This document shows positions 37,707 to 41,780 of a DNA stretch of 41,780 nucleotides, in pieces. The stretch covers positions 1 to 41,780 of the forward strand of contig CAZNBI010000001.1 of NCBI GenBank assembly GCA_964571065.1. The letters run 5' to 3'. Numbering within the stretch: position 1 is the stretch's first letter; every line of letters begins with the position of its first letter. Below the pieces are notes generated by a model. That model saw only the letters and a list, made by a program, of their open reading frames with translations. It did no database searches and had not been told where the DNA came from. The position numbers and the translations under genes were made by a program. This stretch comes from an uncultured Rhodobacterales bacterium. GTDB taxonomy: Bacteria > Pseudomonadota > Alphaproteobacteria > Puniceispirillales > GCA-002684695.

Positions 37707-38468
37707 TCAAAACTTTGATATCGCAGTTATTGCCAGCCTTATACCAGTAATCAAAAATAGAAACCATATTATCTTATAAAAATTTTGCGGTGATAAAAAA
37801 TTCCTTAAAAAAGAACCTAAATAAAAACCAAGAAAAGCGCTTAAAGTTCCAAACAATGCAGGCAAAAGCATGTAGGATTGTAGCACTCCAGATAGTAAAA
37901 AACCAGTTCCAACAGATATACAACCAATAAAGATAAATAATCCATTTCCTGCAACAAATTGGTTTGGTTTTAAATTTTTCATAGAAAGATAGAGAACTCC
38001 CACAACCCCTAAAATAGATGTCAATCCTCCTACAATACCAGACAAAATACCAAAAAATAGTTGCCATTGTTTGTCGAAAATTTCTGAAATTATAAGCCTT
38101 TTGCTGAATATATTATTTAAGCTAAATAAAATAACTACCGTGGCTAAAATTGTCATTAAAGCTCGATCACCCAGTAAAACAACAAGAAAAGAAATTAGGA
38201 AGCCCACAATTATTGAAGAGATAACAAAAATTCTATATTTATTGATTATTGGAATTGGATTACCAGTTTGAAAAACCTGAAAAAAACTTACCAAAAAAAT
38301 TGGTATTATATTAAGACCTATTGCTTCTAATGGAGGGATAAAAACTGATAATAAAGCAATGCCAATGGCAGGCAAACCCATGCCAAATAATCCTTGAATT
38401 ATGCCAGCTACAAAAAATACAGCCGCCATTAAAACATATAATTGATGATCTAAAGAAATTATTTCCAT
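37707..38468 (-). CDS. TauE/SafE (TSUP) family anion permease, putative sulfite/organosulfonate exporter
   Basis: 253 aa with 7-8 hydrophobic spans. Gly-rich TSUP-like repeats (GLFGMGLPAIG and GIVGGLTSILG) occur in the two halves. Confidence 0.7.
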   Translation of the reverse strand: MEIISLDHQLYVLMAAVFFVAGIIQGLFGMGLPAIGIALLSVFIPPLEAIGLNIIPIFLVSFFQVFQTGNPIPIINKYRIFVISSIIVGFLISFLVVLLGDRALMTILATVVILFSLNNIFSKRLIISEIFDKQWQLFFGILSGIVGGLTSILGVVGVLYLSMKNLKPNQFVAGNGLFIFIGCISVGTGFLLSGVLQSYMLLPALFGTLSAFLGFYLGSFLRNFLSPQNFYKIIWFLFLITGIRLAITAISKF

Positions 38469-38575
38469 TTTCCTATTATAGATTATAGTAAATATTATGT
38501 GAGATAATTCATAATAATTGATCTCAACGGATTAACAATTATAGCATTTTTAATTTTATAGATAGGATATAGTTT
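38469..38575. promoter_or_regulatory. Divergent control region between the TauE-family permease operon and the tauD operon, with repeated TTATAG hexamers and an imperfect palindrome
   Basis: TTATAG occurs at 38476, 38483, 38539 and 38556. GAGATAATT-N6-AATTGATCTC spans 38501-38525. AGGA lies 8 nt upstream of the tauD ATG. Confidence 0.35.
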
Positions 38576-39412
38576 ATGATTGAAAGACCTTCCGGTATTA
38601 AAATTGAGAAATTTTCTCCTACACTTGGAGCAATAATTACTGGTGTAGATTTGTCTCAAAAAATTAGTGATGCACAATTTAATGATATAAATCAAGCATT
38701 TCTAGATTACCAAGTATTATTTTTCAAAGATCAAAAAGAAATACCACCTGAATTGCATATTGAATTTGGTAAGAAGTTTGGAGAACTTCATAGTCATCCT
38801 GCTGCACCAACCATGGAAGGTTATCCAGAAATTTTTGAAATTCACGCACATAAAGATAGCAAAATAGCAAATGGGGAATTTTGGCACTCTGATGTATCTT
38901 GTGACAAAGAACCTCCTCTTGGAACCATGTTACAATTGCATATATTACCTGAAACAGGTGGCGATACTATGTTTTCAAATATGTATGCTGCTTATGATGA
39001 ATTAAGTAATAAATATAAAGAAATACTAGACGGACTAATAGCCATTCATGAATCTGAACATATATACAAAGGAAGATATAGCGATAGAGGTGTAAGTGAG
39101 GATAAAATTGAAACTCCTACTGCAAAGCATCCTTTAATCAGAACACATCCCGAAACAGGTAAAAAGGCTATATACGTAAATAGAACTTTTACAACAGGCA
39201 TTGATGGAATGAGCAAAGAAGAGAGTTCTTCTATTTTAAATTTTTTATTCAACCACTGTGAGCATGTTAACTATCAAATAAGATACCGATGGTCTTTAAA
39301 TGATATGGCCTTTTGGGATAATAGATGCGCGATGCATAGAGCAATTTGGGACTATTGGCCAAATGAAAGGAAAGGAAGAAGAGTTACCATTAAAGGCGAT
39401 ATTCCAAAATAA
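38576..39412 (+). CDS. tauD: Taurine/sulfonate dioxygenase, alpha-ketoglutarate-dependent (TauD/TfdA family)
   Basis: 278 aa. The H-x-D iron motif is in FWHSDVSCDKEPPLGTML, followed by TGGDTMFSNMYAAYDEL. HPLIRTHPETGKKAIYVN, FLFNH...YRWSLNDMAFWDNRCAMHRA and the C-terminal RV-TI track E. coli TauD closely, as far as I recall its sequence. Confidence 0.85.
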   Translation: MIERPSGIKIEKFSPTLGAIITGVDLSQKISDAQFNDINQAFLDYQVLFFKDQKEIPPELHIEFGKKFGELHSHPAAPTMEGYPEIFEIHAHKDSKIANGEFWHSDVSCDKEPPLGTMLQLHILPETGGDTMFSNMYAAYDELSNKYKEILDGLIAIHESEHIYKGRYSDRGVSEDKIETPTAKHPLIRTHPETGKKAIYVNRTFTTGIDGMSKEESSSILNFLFNHCEHVNYQIRYRWSLNDMAFWDNRCAMHRAIWDYWPNERKGRRVTIKGDIPK

Positions 39413-39423
39413 GCAAACAATTA

Positions 39424-41016
39424 ATGAAAACATCACACCTTATTGTTAATACACTTTTAAAAGCTGGAATAGATAAAATTTTCTCTCTTTCAGGCAACCA
39501 AATTATGCCAGTCTATGATGCTGTGATTGATAAAAAAATAGACATCATTCATTGCAGGCATGAAGCTGCTGCGGTCTTTATGGCTGATGGTTATGCTCAA
39601 ACTTCTGGAAAAATAGGGATAGCATTAGTTACTGCAGCTCCTGGTTTTACGAATGCGCTTGGTCCACTATATGCAATAAAAGCAAATCAATCGCCAATTT
39701 TACTTTTATCTGGTGATAGTCCGTTATCTCAAGATGGACTAATGGCATTTCAAGAGTTGAACCAGTATGAAATAATTAGAGAACTTGTAAAGAAAAGTAA
39801 GAAAATTAATCAATTAAATGAAATAGAAAATAATATTTATGAAGCAATTGATTTAGCAAGATCGGGTAGACCTGGGCCTGTTCATTTGTCTTTACCATTT
39901 GATATCTTAAATGAAACAATTTCTAAGAATAACACTTCTATTTCTACTAAAGATAAAAAAACTGATCCTCAATTAGCTTCATCAACTTTAAAAAAAATTA
40001 ATGATATAATTAATGCAAGTGAAACTCCTTTGGTTATCACAGGCCCATCTCTATCTGAAGCAAGGAATAAAATTTTGTACCAAAAACTTAATAAATTTAT
40101 TAAGGTACCAATAATAAATATGAGCAGCCCAAGGGGAAGTAATGACCCATCATTAGGAAATTTAAAGACAATCCTTACAGAGGCTGATCTTATTATAACC
40201 ATAAATAAAGACATAGACTTCACACTTGGATATGGTTCAAAAGAGAGAGTTTCATCAGATAAATTTATTTTTGTTGATTATGAGAACGGTCCAATCAATC
40301 ACGCAAAAAAAATTTTAAAAGAGAGATTGTTACTTGAGGTAAGAGCTAATCCCTCACAAATTTTATCAAAGCTAGCAGATATGAATTTTTTAAATGATTA
40401 CACAACATGGATCAATCGGATTAAATTTTTATCAACGCAAAGACCTGAAAAACCCAAATCTATAAATAAAATTACCCCTTATGAGTTATGCAATTCTGTT
40501 GTATCGGAAGCAGAAAATTTTTCAAATGTAATATATATTTCAGATGGTGGTGAATTTGGTCAGTGGGCACAATCAATTATTCCAAAGTCAAAAGCCATTA
40601 CAAATGGACCTTCAGGGGCAATAGGTGGCTCAATACCCCAAGCAATAGGTGCATCCTTTGCAAACCCAGATGCAATTGTGGTTTGTTTTCTTGGTGACGG
40701 GACTGCAGGTTTCCAAATAGCAGACTGGGAGACCGCACGAAGGTATAAACTTCCTATTATATATATAATTGGTAATGATCATAGATGGGGAGCCGAAGTA
40801 GAAATACAAATTAAAGATTATGGGGAAGATAGAGCAAAGTATTGCATGCTAGATGAGGAAACTAATTATGCCAATGTAGCATCTGGTTTAGGATGCAAGG
40901 GATTTAAAGTGAGTTCAATAAAAGAACTAAAAAAAATAATTAAAGCAGTTTTTTCATCAAAAGAAACTACAATTATTGATGTGAATATTGAAGGTCTTCC
41001 TGGACCAACTTTATAA
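39424..41016 (+). CDS. Thiamine-diphosphate enzyme, three-domain ALS / oxalyl-CoA decarboxylase / Xsc superfamily; substrate unknown
   Basis: 530 aa. The Pyr domain contains HCRHEAAAVFMADGYAQTSGKIGIALVTAAPGFTN (catalytic Glu context). A central domain follows, then a PP domain with the ThDP motif GDGTAGFQIADWETARRYKLPIIYIIGNDHRWG. Confidence 0.8.
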   Translation: MKTSHLIVNTLLKAGIDKIFSLSGNQIMPVYDAVIDKKIDIIHCRHEAAAVFMADGYAQTSGKIGIALVTAAPGFTNALGPLYAIKANQSPILLLSGDSPLSQDGLMAFQELNQYEIIRELVKKSKKINQLNEIENNIYEAIDLARSGRPGPVHLSLPFDILNETISKNNTSISTKDKKTDPQLASSTLKKINDIINASETPLVITGPSLSEARNKILYQKLNKFIKVPIINMSSPRGSNDPSLGNLKTILTEADLIITINKDIDFTLGYGSKERVSSDKFIFVDYENGPINHAKKILKERLLLEVRANPSQILSKLADMNFLNDYTTWINRIKFLSTQRPEKPKSINKITPYELCNSVVSEAENFSNVIYISDGGEFGQWAQSIIPKSKAITNGPSGAIGGSIPQAIGASFANPDAIVVCFLGDGTAGFQIADWETARRYKLPIIYIIGNDHRWGAEVEIQIKDYGEDRAKYCMLDEETNYANVASGLGCKGFKVSSIKELKKIIKAVFSSKETTIIDVNIEGLPGPTL

Positions 41017-41035
41017 TTTTATCTGAGGCAATCAA

Positions 41036-41780
41036 TTGACTGAAGAAAATAAAAATATACCCTTAGTTGGATATGCAAACAGATTATCTGTTAGGCCGAA
41101 AGAGACAATAAGTTTCAAAGTATCATCAGAACTAAAATCTAATTATTCGGTAGATTTATATAGGTCTATTTCAGCAGATCCAAATCCAGAAGGCATTGGA
41201 ATAAAAGAAGAAAAAGTAGATAACTATTTTTCTTCAAGATTAATAAAATCAAGAGTACAAAAACATTTTCCTGGTTCATATGCACGTTCCCAGAAACAAT
41301 TAAACCTTGATGTAGAAAATGGATTAAAAATCAGTATAAATTTTTTCAGCACACTTAAAAATAACAAATCACAGACACTAATTTCAATTGGACATTTATC
41401 TATATATATAAATGAAAATTATCAACTTTCTTGCAGTTATTTAGATAAGAAAATTTCTATCTCAAAACCAATTAAAACAAGGAAATGGATTAAAGCTGAA
41501 TTAGAGTTAGACTACCTTGAAAACACTTTGAAACTTCTTCAAAATTACATTGATGAGAGCAATGCCGAGCTTTCCAGAAAAATTGATATTGAAGTGCCTA
41601 TTAAAAAAAATATAGTTAGTAATTTAGTCATATCGGCGAAAGAAAAAGACAACAAGATTGAAAACTTTTTTAATGGCAAAATAGAAGACCCAGAAATTTC
41701 CACTTTATTTACAGAGAGGAAATACGAAAAATTTCTAGAATGGGATTTTTCAGATCAAATACCATCTTCTTGGGTTAGAG
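41036..41780 (+). CDS. N,N-dimethylformamidase large-subunit-like (DmfA2-like) protein, N-terminal 248 codons; runs off the right edge (TTG start)
   Basis: Absent from the ORF track. The frame is open from 41027 to the window end with no in-frame ATG. TTG at 41036 has GAGG 7 nt upstream. The translation IPLVGYANRLSVRPKETISFKVSS...LYRSISADPNPEGIGIKEEKV...FPGSYA...FFNGKIEDPEI...EWDFSDQI parallels the N-terminus of DMFase large subunits as I recall it (I.GY.DR.SV..GETI.F.VS; GDSNP.GPGYKEE; YNGK.D.P.I; HWDFS). Confidence 0.55.
   Translation, partial: MTEENKNIPLVGYANRLSVRPKETISFKVSSELKSNYSVDLYRSISADPNPEGIGIKEEKVDNYFSSRLIKSRVQKHFPGSYARSQKQLNLDVENGLKISINFFSTLKNNKSQTLISIGHLSIYINENYQLSCSYLDKKISISKPIKTRKWIKAELELDYLENTLKLLQNYIDESNAELSRKIDIEVPIKKNIVSNLVISAKEKDNKIENFFNGKIEDPEISTLFTERKYEKFLEWDFSDQIPSSWVR

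Noticed and set aside
37774-38271. ORFs 37774-38067 (minus strand, alternative frame) and 38071-38271 (plus strand) inside the TauE-family gene.
   Set aside because: These are frame-shifted or antisense readings of a membrane-protein gene. Their Cys/Trp/Phe-rich or Lys/Ile-rich translations are typical artefacts.
38495-38695. 66-aa minus-strand ORF covering the tauD upstream region and start.
   Set aside because: It overlaps the tauD SD and start and most of the intergenic control region. The composition is low-complexity, and I saw no SD.
33753-41016. Reading sulfatase + DegT aminotransferase + ThDP enzyme as a phosphonate biosynthesis cluster (methylphosphonate- or 2-AEP-type).
   Set aside because: No PEP mutase, MpnS/HepD-type dioxygenase or nucleotidyltransferase is present in the window. 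The ThDP enzyme is a 530-aa three-domain ALS-type protein rather than a phosphonopyruvate decarboxylase-type enzyme. The neighbours are tauD and a TauE-family permease gene. Sequence beyond 41780 is unseen, so this is not absolutely excluded.
1-41780. Search by eye for tRNA, rRNA, tmRNA, CRISPR repeats, IS elements or inverted terminal repeats, integrases, toxin-antitoxin pairs and defence genes.
   Set aside because: No spacer is longer than 183 nt. None shows cloverleaf-like GC-rich stems or regularly spaced repeats. Every ORF of 100 aa or more that is not antisense to another gene has a metabolic, transport or translation assignment.

Overview
This is an AT-rich window (about 30% G+C by eye) that is very tightly packed. 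I count 40 protein-coding genes and about 1.4 kb of non-coding DNA by manual tally, so roughly 96-97% is coding. Several gene pairs overlap by 1-4 nt, and convergent genes abut with 16 nt or less between them. Composition, packing and protein similarities fit a streamlined marine alphaproteobacterium (SAR11/Pelagibacterales-like). That taxonomic call is inference, not proof.

I found no rRNA, tRNA, CRISPR array, IS element, integrase or prophage gene.

Positions 1 to about 17,540 are core housekeeping:
- lepA (fragment) and leuA
- the conserved thrS-infC-rpmI-rplT-pheS-pheT block
- a glycosyltransferase and an alpha/beta hydrolase
- a chorismate mutase-hisC-tyrC operon
- a methyltransferase divergent from gloB, and a short PhaR-like regulator
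- a FolM-like SDR with folB, and a HAD-IIA hydrolase

Positions about 17,600 to 41,780 are a mosaic of small-molecule catabolic modules with no mobility genes:
1. xsc + pta + a small citrate-synthase paralog (sulfoacetaldehyde to acetyl-CoA).
2. phnW-phnA-phnY (2-aminoethylphosphonate to acetate + Pi), divergent from a PhnSTUV/PotABCD-type ABC importer.
3. gcdH plus a family III CoA-transferase (glutarate).
4. An enolase-superfamily enzyme plus a cytoplasmic Cys-type sulfatase.
5. A divergent pair of operons: a TauE/SafE-family permease, a DMT transporter and a DegT-type aminotransferase, facing tauD, an ALS/Xsc-superfamily ThDP enzyme and a DMFase-large-subunit-like protein.

Module 5 is my best candidate for an undescribed system, probably for organosulfonate or N-acyl-aminosulfonate catabolism. 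No pathway I know explains this gene combination.

Two genes are missing from the supplied ORF track because they run off the window edges: lepA at the left and the TTG-initiated DMFase-like gene at the right.

All functional calls come from reading motifs and recalling family signatures. No database search was run.
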